Shown in pieces: positions 1 to 20,004 of a DNA stretch of 64,000 nt. How positions within the stretch are numbered: the stretch's first letter is position 1; every line of letters starts with the position of its first letter. The translations under genes and the position numbers were made by a program. Below the pieces are notes generated by a model, which made no database searches, had not been told where the DNA came from, and saw only the letters and a list, made by a program, of their open reading frames with translations. This DNA comes from Tubiluchus corallicola (Eukaryota; Animalia; Priapulida), in assembly GCA_030141605.1 (NCBI GenBank), contig JAQGDQ010001069.1:1535-65534 (forward strand), in the 5' to 3' direction.

Positions 1-165
1 ATAATCCGAAAATCTTTACCCGAGCTCTGCCCGCTGATAAAACCATCAGGTATATGTAAATTTTCATGCAAAAATGTAATATGTATTATAGTGATTATCT
101 AAATTTTCGGCAAAAAATATTTTCAGAAATAAAATATCCGTTTATCTACGTATATGTTGTTTCAG

Positions 166-330
166 TTGTCCATGGCTGACATAGCAAGCTACCATATCTT
201 GTCATCAGTGCTTAGTCGATTCCCAGGATTGCTGGACAATTTCGAGAAACTGAAAGCTTATGTTGATCGTATTGGAGAAGAAGAAAATATTAAAAATTGG
301 GTTGAAAGCAGACCTGATACAGAATTTTAG
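166..330 (+). CDS. GST: Sigma-class glutathione S-transferase, last coding exon only (gene begins before the window)
   Basis: Acceptor ttcag at 161-165, then 55 codons LSMADIASYHILSSVLSRFPGLLDNFEKLKAYVDRIGEEENIKNWVESRPDTEF*. It has the N-capping L-S-x-A-D motif and the W-x-x-x-R-P-x-T-x-F terminus of sigma GSTs, with the same exon boundary as the two paralogues. AATAAA at 634 and 655. Confidence 0.9.
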   Translation: MSMADIASYHILSSVLSRFPGLLDNFEKLKAYVDRIGEEENIKNWVESRPDTEF

Positions 331-851
331 AGAAATTCACAGAAGGAGTTGCATAAATGCAGTCAATTTTATACACGTGTCTCTCTGGCTAAAACTTTTA
401 TGCCACGGGGCTTCTGTCATTACTATAATAGCATATATTATATGTGTAAGCTTATGTAATAATTTTGAACACTAGATTACAAAACGTGATGTCGCCTCAT
501 TTCCATTTTACCAAACTTTCGGCTTTTTAGATATCAAAAATGCTCTATATAAAAATTATAAGCAAATTTGTAGGAATTTAAACAGTAGTTGTAATTTTAC
601 TGCAATCGGAGATTTGGAACACAAAAATGTGTGAATAAATAAGAACAAAATAATAATAAAAATCATCCATGCAACATTTGAGTTTGTTTTCATTTTATTT
701 TAGTAATGAAGTGCGCTGCCTTCGAATTAACAGCTGGGTCAAACAGGAAGAATTTGTTCTACTACTAGCGATAAACATATAACAGTGAAATGTATAAAAA
801 CTATATTTTCCTCTAGCATAATTTTGTCTAATCATCGACCTATACAGTCAT

Positions 852-4548
<3,697 letters not shown>

Positions 4549-6257
4549 TCAAAAGTAAGTACGCTAATGATGTCCAAACGTATTATACATTGAACTTGGT
4601 TTTATGTGTCTCTATTGAAAATACACTTTAGCATGGGGGTATCTAGGGAAAATGGTGCCTATGGAAAGCACTGAAATTGCGCTCCTGTCCAAACATTTGA
4701 CATCAACTTCTTTATTTTTATTTATTTTATTCAAATATGGCCTACCTAGACAGTATTGTAGTAAGATATAGAATGAACCAATCAAAAGAAGAAGAATTCA
4801 GAGGACTTTGTGAAATGCGAAAGCAAAACCTAGGAATTAATTTGTGAAGCAACTGTTTGATAAGGATGAGATTATTAAGTAAAATAATTGCATCCAAACA
4901 TACTTCATTGAATAAATATTCACATATTATTTAACATATATTTAGGCTAAATATAAGACTTTTGTTCGAGTATATATCTAAGGCTATGTATTATATATAT
5001 AGTCATAAGTATTTCGGTGATGTAGAAAGACTTACCAGAACGTAAATTAAAGTAAAATCTAAGAATTAAATATAATTTAATATAAAGAAATAACACTTTT
5101 AAATAAGACCACTAAATTTCATAGATTTTGCACAAAATTCTAAAGTACCTCACTAGTTTTTGCGGGAGAATGATCTTACTGCCAGTTGCTACTGAGCATG
5201 AGCACTGAGCAGTGATAGTGGGAGATATATGGTCATGTTGCAGCCCCAAGCTTTATATTTTTACATAGTAATTTACACAATTTCTCTAACAATCTGGCCA
5301 CCCTAGTGGTTCTCACACACATAAATAGACAGATAAATAGACAGATTTGAACAAAGTTCTTTTTTTTCAGAAAATGCTCAGTAGCGTCACCTTCAAGTGG
5401 TATAACTACAATACCCTAGATAGGCCACTGTTTTTTTAGACATAGTTTAATCGCTTTTATAACAAGATTAATTAGTAACTACTCTGTAAGCAATTGTAAT
5501 TATTCTAAGTGCTAATAATTTTGTCATTGTAAAGAGGTGAATGAATTAGATAGCGCAAAATTTTTGAAACTGCAAAGTGATTTTTATAGTTTCGCTAAAA
5601 CTGTATTTTCCATTCTGGTGGCAACAGTATATTCATGCGATGCACTGAAGCCTATAGCAGAGTAGACTGCAGACTGCAGGTACAAGTTAGAAAAAAGATT
5701 CCTAGCCGAAAGAGTACTGAAAACGACCCAGCTTCAATATTTAAGACAGAATTAGAATTAAGTTTATTAGCATACATAACAAGTACTATAAAACAAAGTT
5801 ATTTCCATGATGATCAGTCATATAGATGATGATTTGGGGTCTAAATTAGTTTAAATAAACATAAAATTCAGCGGATAGGAGATGGTATCTTTGGTTGTAG
5901 ATTTTGTTCTTATACTTCGACAGTAAAAAATTGTGGCGATGCATATTTGACGTTTCATGGTGTCTGCATGGATGGTGCCTTTAAACCAGCACCCTTTATC
6001 TGGGTGCCGACAACCTCGGTAACCGCAAGTTTAGTTAATGTAACTTCAACAAGATTGTACTGAGGGTTCTACTGGCTAATGACTAGGTGCCATTTTTCGA
6101 TTACTCGCTCGTTGAGTAACTCTGTGGAGTGATCTATTTCGCCGTGATGCCGATCTCGTTCTCACAAGTTTTTGGCCAGTTTCTGTGATGTCACAATAGA
6201 TTTACTCCATATTTTAAATATATACGGAAAAAACGGGTTCTCATAATAGCGATAAAT

Positions 6258-6263
6258 ATAATA

Positions 6264-6304
<41 letters not shown>

Positions 6305-7596
6305 TTCTTTATTGCTGTTAAAATTACACATCGATGAACTGTAAAATACATTCAAAAATTGATAGTGTAATCAGCGTTTCCACTGCTGTGAGCAATAGTG
6401 TTAAAAAGGAATTTACAATTAAAAACACAAGTGATACTATAATTAATTACACTAAAACTTAAGATACATTTAAGACTTTAAAACTTTACAATATGTACAA
6501 ATTTAAATACAAATTAGGTGCTTTATGGATGTTTTGTGTTAGTGATTTTAGTGTTTTGTGTGTGGTGGGTTTTAATTTGTTAATGCTGTTAATCCAAGAC
6601 AAGTTTTGGTATGCCACTAAGTACAGACTACTGGGTCAACGTTGATAATACGTGTTGTTTGTTGTTTTCATATTAGTTATTTTTTGAAAGCTACTATAGT
6701 ATTTTTCAGTTCATTTTTGAATTTTTTTAGAGTCACTGCAGATTTTACATTAAATGGACAAGCATTCCATGATTTATTGCCGTTTTGCAGACTGAATTGT
6801 GTCCATATTTATTATTTGTATTTATTTGTTTTTATGCTGTGTGTTCTTTGGTTTAGCGTTTTTCGATAATAAACGGAAGCTGATTAGCACTAAAAGTTGG
6901 CATCAAATCGTTTAAATATTTATAAAGAAAAATTAGTGAATGGAGTTGGAAACTGGATTCTACAGTGGGTATTTTTAGTTTTTCCCTGTTCGCTATAGCT
7001 GAATATTTTGCTCTTGTTGTGAAACTAAGGACGTGTTTTAAAGCGTAATTTTGGGCCAATTCTAGCCTGTTTAAAAAGTTTTAGATATATTTGTGAGAAG
7101 GTGGCAGCCATACGTTAAGTGGGGCAGCCGTACGTCATGGTTTTATATATTAGTGGTTTTGTTTTTACGTTGAGTTGTCCTTTAATTTGTTTTAAGAATG
7201 AAGTATTTTGGCTCATTTTTTGAATAATAGTTTTTATTTGGTTTTCCCGGTTAAGATTTTTGTCTACATCCATGCCTAGAAATTTAGTATTAGTTGATAG
7301 AGAAATTGTTTTTTCAAAAATATTTAAAGTTATTTCATTTGTATCGAAAAGTATATTTGTAGTATCTCTTGGTGTTAGAAGTATGAAGATGGTTTTGCCT
7401 GTGTTCATCTCAAGTTGATAATAATTGAGAATGTATTTCATTTCTTCTACTTTTGCTTTGAGTTGGTCTACTGCACTAAAGGGATTTAATGCTACTGGTT
7501 GTGATGTTAGTATCATCGGCATATTGTACGATATGGCAGTTAATTATTATGTTTGAGGTATCGTTTACGTATATGATAAATAGTAGTGGGCCTAAA
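6258..7596 (-). mobile_element. 5'-truncated, frameshifted non-LTR retrotransposon (L2/CR1/Jockey-like RT 3' half)
   Basis: Minus strand encodes LGPLLFIIYVND...IVQYADDTN (YADD at 7512-7523), then after a frameshift LEMNTGKT and TKFLGMDVDKNL (ORF 7115-7522). It ends with AATAAA (about 6308) and a (TTA)n tail at about 6270-6300. Confidence 0.85.
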
Positions 7597-7696
7597 TAGC
7601 GTGCTAAATAACGCATTCATAAAAAAGATTCCGTGGCAACAATAAATAGCATTCTAAATGATCTATCCAAGCAGTTGGGCAGAACAAATTCAATAA

Positions 7697-7730
7697 CCGA
7701 GTATGCAAATGCTTCGCATTCCGGGCTAGT
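7697..7730 (+). mobile_element. Helitron-like 3' end (hairpin + CTAG|T)
   Basis: CCGAGTATGCAAATGCTTCGCATTCCGG imperfect hairpin followed by GCTAGT; no 5' end identified. Confidence 0.4.
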
Positions 7731-8479
7731 TATAATAGACAATGGTCGTCGTTTTACCTGAAGTTTTAGCTTACCATTTGTAACTGAACCAGATAAACTG
7801 TTACGTGAATGACAGCAATTGCGAGATGATCAATTTTCCTCTTGTGCCCAATGAGTTGACTTGATCCAAGACCGACGGTTTTTTCACGTTCATTACAAAG
7901 TTAGTACGACTGCTTAAAAGGCGACTTTACAAGACAAGCAATCGGCCAAGGTTGGCCAGCTCAGGAAAAGCTAAACGTTTTACATTGCTTGTTGATTGCG
8001 GTCACAGCGTATATTGAATCAAGTGTTCCCAATCTTTGGCCTTGGGTTTGCTTACCGTTCTCCTTGATCTATGTAAACTGTAAAGGCATCGTGGTAGCTA
8101 ATAATGGTACAGCTTAAAGTCAGAGTTAGGCTCATATGTAAGAAAGTAATTATCTGATAACGTTGTATGGAAGCAACGCAAGTGCTACAGAGAGAGATTA
8201 TTATTATTATTATAAGTCTTTTATTAAACAATGAATACATTGTTTCCCCTCTATTTGCAGGGGTTTGTTTACAAAATATAACTATTTGCGATAACAAGAT
8301 TATACATAATGCCAATTAAAAATAAATTTAAAATATATACATAGTTTACACTATAATTTATATAACGATTAACTCTGTACCTGTTTCTCTGTGAATATAA
8401 TTTGAATTTCTTTATAACAATTTTTTCCGCACAACATTTCTAACAATATTTACATATGCCTGGGACACGTCTTTATCTT

Positions 8480-8713
<234 letters not shown>

Positions 8714-9854
8714 GACTAGCTAGTTTGAATACGTCTTTTGTGCAGCGCGCTTCAAACGGATACGAAAACAGATTTACAGAGATTACAAATCTATCAAGGC
8801 CACATACAAATACTCGCCCATATGGCAGCTATAGCACAGAAATTTCTTTCATACAGACATGCAGCAGAACACTGTTATAATATATGTATAAAAAAAATTA
8901 ACTTACAGCTTAAGACTGTCCTGGAAGGTACAAGTACTGCGGTGGTAAAAGTAGTTAAGGTGATAGCTACAAAACCGTGACTATTCACACTGCTGAGCTG
9001 AGCTGAGCTGACCTACCTATCCGATGTACAATATTAATACCCTAGCTGGGTCACGTGATATTTACAGCAAATAATAGTGTACAAGAACTCTATTTGATTA
9101 TAGAAATGCAATCTATCATGATTCAGCAATATTGGGAATTTTTGAAACTTTAAAATTATCCTCTTAAAATTTTATCGCATTTTTAAAATCTTTAAAATTA
9201 TGTATCGAGCCTTGTACATGCAAGCAGACAGAATTATACTTTGGGGTTACAAAAAGTAAACTAAGATTATTTTAAACAGGCCTTATGTGTACAAAACCGT
9301 GGAGATTGTGGCTAAAAAGCTATTACTTAGTTGACGCAGTTAACATTCTAGGAGATCTGAGTCATGACCGACCGTACCGTTACGTTAAGCGAGTGGCTCT
9401 ACTAAGTGTCTATATAATGGGTCAAGAGCTATAGGAAAATAGGAGGTCTGGGTTTGAATCTCAGGCGGATTTTTTCTAATTTATATGTCGCTTATAAATA
9501 GTCATGAAAGACATTAAGGATTTCCAAATTCATGCCCGTACGTAAAATGTTTCGTATGAAGACGAAGAAGTGAAATCTGCTACTATGAAATACCCGTGAG
9601 ATTGCAAACTAGTAGAAAAAATAATTTAACCGGGAATACGCATTGATGAAATAAGCATTTCGCGTCTTTTACGTTTTCTTCAAAGAAATGATATGCTTTG
9701 TGATACCCTTTTTTTACAATTTGTGTTCACTGAAACGCGTTCAAATTGAGCACTGGATTAGGAATTATATCCAATGTGATACCATGATTTGCTCCAGGCA
9801 AGTAAATATTAAACCAGGGAGAACTATCATAATAAATAATAATAACAACAACAT

Positions 9855-9970
9855 AAATGCCAGGCAGAGCATCAGCTGTTACCATTTTTAAAGTCTTTGG
9901 TAGCATGACCTGGCCGTATTATCGAACTAACACCTCCAGACGGAAAGGGGACGCGCTACTACTTGACTAA
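9855..9970 (-). mobile_element. tRNA-derived SINE relic
   Basis: Plus strand TACCATTTTTAAAGTCTTTGGTAGCATGACCTGGCCGTATTATCGAACTAACACCTCC contains a reverse B-box-like TCGAAC in a SINE-like context; degenerate. Confidence 0.45.
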
Positions 9971-10210
9971 ATCGTAATCTCGTTTAATTTGGCTTTCCTG
10001 CAGGCCTAAGGCACCATGTTTAGTGGTTCAGTTCTAGAAAACTTTGCATCTAGACTACGCCTGTTAAATTTAAATATATCGTGGGGCCTTAACTCAACCT
10101 AATTAAAAATTGTATCTTTCAGTCCATATAATAATTGTTTTACATCACGAACACTTTCTTGTCATGGAGATGAACGATCAATCCTGGCAGCTAAGTTTTA
10201 AAGTAAAAAC

Positions 10211-10284
10211 ATGACGTAATGCACGCTTACTACCTGTAACGATGTTATTTGAAAATTTTGCTGACTCATTTCTCTTTTATAAAA
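10211..10284 (+). promoter_or_regulatory. Putative promoter of the downstream GST: CRE/ATF-like site, antioxidant response element (ARE/MARE) and TATA box
   Basis: ATGACGTAAT at 10211; TGCTGACTCAT at 10259-10269 (reverse ATGAGTCAGCA with AT-rich flank AAATTTT) matches the CNC-sMaf consensus; TATAAAA at 10278-10284. Lies 1.2 kb upstream of a GST ATG that is preceded by a splice acceptor. Confidence 0.6.
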
Positions 10285-10979
10285 ATCAATTTTGTTAGTT
10301 GCTATGGAAATATTCTTCAACGTCTCCAGGAAAAGTAACTAGTAAAATAATCAAAAAAGTCTGAAGATACTTTTAATTCTAATTCCACGAACACCAATGG
10401 TGAAATGGTAAATTAGTAATGGTGAAAAGCTATAATAAGTGCGAGTAAATGTACAGATTTGCATTAGTAGTTGGTTGATTTAAAATGGAACCGCCAGAAC
10501 AACAATAAATAGAAAGCTTGAGTGATTTCCCCTGGTCACGTGTCATTTCAGGTGAAAATTATAGCTGTAGTTGCTGCTCGCAGGAAGATAATCAGTAGTA
10601 AATTTGTTGGCGAGGAGAGACAGTACAGTTGGTGGAAACCCCAGACCAGGTGAGTTAAATTGAGTGGCATGTCTGCAATTTGTTCCATTATATGGGAGAA
10701 ATTTTTAAATAAAATGTTTAAATTCAATTCAAATCCCTTCATTTTAATACTACTAGAACATTTTTAGAGCAGTATAAATAGAATTTTCCATTTAATAATC
10801 AGCTGAATTTTAATGATTAAATAGCAGTTAGTTTTTCAGTAGATAGTCGAGTTTCTTAACTAAATGAAAACTGAATGTCTGAAATTTTTATTTTTATTAT
10901 TTCGTGGAAGTTATTAATTATAAAAACTTGATGAAGAATATCAAAAAAATGGTAATCCTTGCTAATGACGTAACAAGGG

Positions 10980-11230
10980 ACGACAACTACGATGCCGATA
11001 AAGATGTTGCTGCTGCTGCTACTGCTGCTGCTGCTGATGATGATGATAATAAAGATGATGACGAGGACGTTGATGATGATGGTGATGATAATGATGATGA
11101 TGATGATGGTGACGACGACGACGACGACGACGACGATGATGGTGATGATGATGATGATGATGACGAGGACGACGATGATAATGATGATGATAAAGATGAT
11201 GACGAGGACGATGATGATGATAAGGATGAA
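10980..11230 (+). repeat. Compound trinucleotide microsatellite (GCT)n/(GAT)n/(GAC)n
   Basis: Directly visible; gives poly-Asp and poly-Met ORFs. Confidence 0.92.
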
Positions 11231-11457
11231 GTCGGTTTTTAAATGATTGATATTGTTATCAGCTTTAATTCTATTTTTCCATAAAGGTAAAACAATAAGA
11301 GCTACGTAATCTTAGCAGTTTTTGAAGCGCTAGCGTTACCATTCCTGTGATAATAATCTTGTTCAAATATTGTTAATTGTTATGATATATGTAAAATGTG
11401 TTGCGTCGAGATAAAAATAAACTTGAACTTGAACTTGAATAGAAATAGTTGCAGACA

Positions 11458-16705
<5,248 letters not shown>

Positions 16706-18529
16706 ATTCTGGGTGTACTTGTATTACAGAAGGCCTAAAACAAGTAGTTGATTACATTACAACAAACTATGTACAAGAATACATTAAAGTGTTTGACTTA
16801 ATTTGGTTAAGATGGCTTTTATTAATAGTTAAATAGTTGTACATTTAAAGGCTTATTAGAGCTAGAAGTAATTAAAAGGCATAAATGTGTTTTATTATTT
16901 ACAATTGCATGTGTTTGTACGTCATTGTTTCATCATGAAGTTTGTTTTGTCGGTAAGGCTAAATTGGTGACAACCAAATTCGGCAGTCATTGTATTATCT
17001 AACCTTAATTACAAACCCTATAATGCACACGCAATTCTAATTGACTGAGTGACTAGCTACGTCCCTGATCTACCAGAACCTATCTTGGCGTCCTACTTCC
17101 TGTTGATGCACGTTAAAAAATAGCGAGTCACACTCGCGACACTCTGGCAATCATGCATGACAGTCCAATGTTCATCTCTTATTTATTAATTACTCATTGT
17201 AATTTTATACTTAAGTATAATGAGAATTAAAGTTAATTTTAAGCTAATTAGTTAGAACCAGAGCATCATCTAACATTGGAAATGCTGAACTGGTTGACCA
17301 GCTATAACTGATTAAATTTTGACTAACATGATCGCTTCGGAACTAAGATAATCTGGTGGCCATATTGTTGCCCTGTAAGCAGAAGGTTCCTGGTTTAAGA
17401 CCAGTTTATGATCCAACTTTTACACCCCCCTTTTCTGCTTTACGACTTTAGTTTCAAATTTAATCATTCTGTGTTTGTACTTTCTACCATCGTTCATAAT
17501 AATCTTGCTGTTAAGATTATTTAATAATTATTATTTAGATAACCTTAGATTTTTTTAGATTTTCAGTCATATTTTGCATATACATTTGTAATTGTTCAGT
17601 TCAGATAACTGCTTTTAATCCATCCGTATCAGTAACTATTAAATTGTTGTGCAAAGATATGGGTCTTACAAATTGCATGTAGTTAGTTATTATGATTATA
17701 ATCAACATTAAATTTATTCGTTTTTTCATTATTTGGGTACAAAGCTAACCATATAAAAACAACAGAAGTCATAAGCGAAATTTATACACTATTCTTACAA
17801 AGGACAACTAAAACAAAAATACTAAGTGGTTATGTTATTGGCCCCATATACTTGCTATAACATAGTTATAAAAACATTATAAGTCTATAAATTGACATAA
17901 AAGAAAGCAGTGACGACTGGCTTAGCAAACTCGCAACTTTAATACTGCTACTCGTATTGTTTGATGTCATGGCAACAGTATTAACAACAGACATGTGCGA
18001 CCTTTGCATTTGTAAAATCCTAGAGTTACTAGTGTAGCTTTGTGCGCGAAACAAATTATTACGCGTGCAGTGTATTATATAATTATATAGGCTTCTCTGA
18101 CAGCTTTCACATACTGGTTCAGGCTGCGGCGCTGTGACGCGCGCGGCTGTAATGTTGGAATGTTGGAGCTCATAGGGCTAATTTCTCAGTGAGGACTCAA
18201 GGAAAATGACGCATGAATTGCTGTCAGAAAATCAAACACTTTGCAGAAAGTTTTCGATTTTTTGTCGATATCTCATACAGCAAGGAAGTTGGTCAAACAG
18301 CAACATACATATTATGACTAATGCTGTTATCAACTCCTCAGAAATTATAGTGATGACATGACAATAATCATGTCGCATACATAAAAACCAAAATGATAGT
18401 ACATATCAGGTAGCTGAACGTCAATGATAACTACTAACTGTTATACACGAAACTAATTGGTTTTTGAATGCAAAATGTTGCTTGCACAGAGAGCAAACTA
18501 ATTACTTGTTCACCAAAATTTGTATTTAA

Positions 18530-18850
18530 CAAGAGTTTTCTTCCTGGATTTTTGGAAAGCAATGTCCTTTATGATATCCTCGAAAGACATTTGTCGAACC
18601 AAGTTAGATTCACAGTCCTGTCAGTACTAAATGCACAGTATTAACGAAGAGTCTAACCTATCCTGGACATACGTGATAGCTGCTCTATACGAGTTCTTAA
18701 TCCTTTTTAGCTGAGACAAAGAACGTTCGGCAGAACAATAACTGGCGAGCATCATTGACAAGAGCATTCGCAGTGAAATTGCAATGTTTGTAAACACTGC
18801 CTCAGTACATTTGATACAGGTGCTGTGATACAATTTTCATCATACAATTG
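18530..18850 (-). mobile_element. hAT transposase remnant, C-terminal dimerisation (hATC) region
   Basis: FTNIAISLRMLLSMMLASYCSAERSLSQLKRIKNSYR...QDRLDSSLILCI matches the hATC SAERSFSxLKRIK motif; continues disrupted as SFEDIIKDIAFQKSRK. Confidence 0.8.
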
Positions 18851-18860
18851 ATGTTACAGT

Positions 18861-19216
18861 TAGGGCCGGGTTATGGTTTTTTGGGGCACCTAGGCTAATA
18901 ATTATATGGGGCCCTCTTTTACAAATAGTATAAGTGTCCTTCAACCATCATGAATATTTCTTACTCGCAATAGGTTTTTGCAACATTATTTCACACAGCT
19001 TGAAGCAAACTTTTTGCAAATTCTTTAATTAAATTAGAATAGCTATCTTTTGTTTGCCAATAAAAATATTTTTTAAAAAATACCTCTATTTTACTATTTA
19101 TTGCAAACCGAATTAGCACATATTCAGCACATACGTAGTGCAAAAATAGATTTTTAACCAAATGTTACTCAAGTTTGAGGCCCTCCAAGCCTATACTATA
19201 GGATAATCGGGACCTA
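18861..19216 (+). mobile_element. hAT-type MITE, copy 1
   Basis: Imperfect TIRs TAGGGCCGGGTTAT / ATAATCGGGACCTA; 8-bp TSD GTTACAGT / GCTACAGT; body homologous (inverted) to 37909-38290. Confidence 0.8.
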
Positions 19217-20004
19217 GCTACAGTAATGCCAACTTGCAGTGGCGGCAACAGGTGAAAATATGGAGATAAAAGATGAAGACCCTACTATGTGCTATGTGAT
19301 GATATGAAAAACAATCCACTCACGGTCAGTCAAGGATTGTTTCTTCCAATTGTTTCTACTCTAATTCCGAGCAGTAGAATTGATACTGTACATTGGTCAA
19401 TGGTCAAATCAAAAAGAGAGACGTCGAGGCTTTGAGAGAGCACAAATCATTTTTCCGCACGATTTTACCATCGGTGGCGACACTTTCTACTTCGTTTATA
19501 TTATGGCGGCTTACGTTATCACATGTGTGGGAGTCAGTAGCCAGTGAGTTTTCTGAATTTCAGTGTAAGTGAAGATCAACCTGTCATATCAATCGTTATT
19601 ATGAAACATGCATCTTTATGTTATGCATAATAACTTTATGTCTACAATCAAAACCAAGTTTCTGTCAAAATTAAATGAGCGCGTCACTCGTTGATCTTAC
19701 TCTGATACTGGTACTGATATTACATAGTCATGTTTGTAACTGCGTCGTTAAAGGTCGAACTGTCTTTTGTAAAAGAAATTCTATTAATATCATAAGCTTT
19801 GTTTTTTTATTTTGTAAAAGTTTTGCGGAGTTAGGTATTTACAGTTTGAACGGCGAACGTTTGGCATATAACTCTGTTTTGTTTGTTTGTAGGTTTACAT
19901 AAGCTGCATTAAATGTTAAATGCTGTAAGGAGTGATATCAGGGTGTGATTCAGGTCTTATGAGTTTCTAGTGTGACAGTTTTGTAGTTAGAGGAAATGAG
20001 GTAA

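Noticed and set aside
1-55. Possible penultimate exon of the first GST ending at CAG|GTATAT
   Set aside because: The required frame starts with a stop and lacks the GxxVGxK motif found in the paralogous exon.
260-475. 71-aa ORF
   Set aside because: Off-frame overlap of the real GST last exon and its 3' UTR.
10904-11246. Asp-rich protein resembling shell-matrix proteins (and the poly-Met ORF)
   Set aside because: Codons are GAT/GAC runs with mostly single-base variants, there is no signal peptide, and it lies in the probable first intron of a GST. A microsatellite is the simpler explanation; only transcript or peptide data would revive it.
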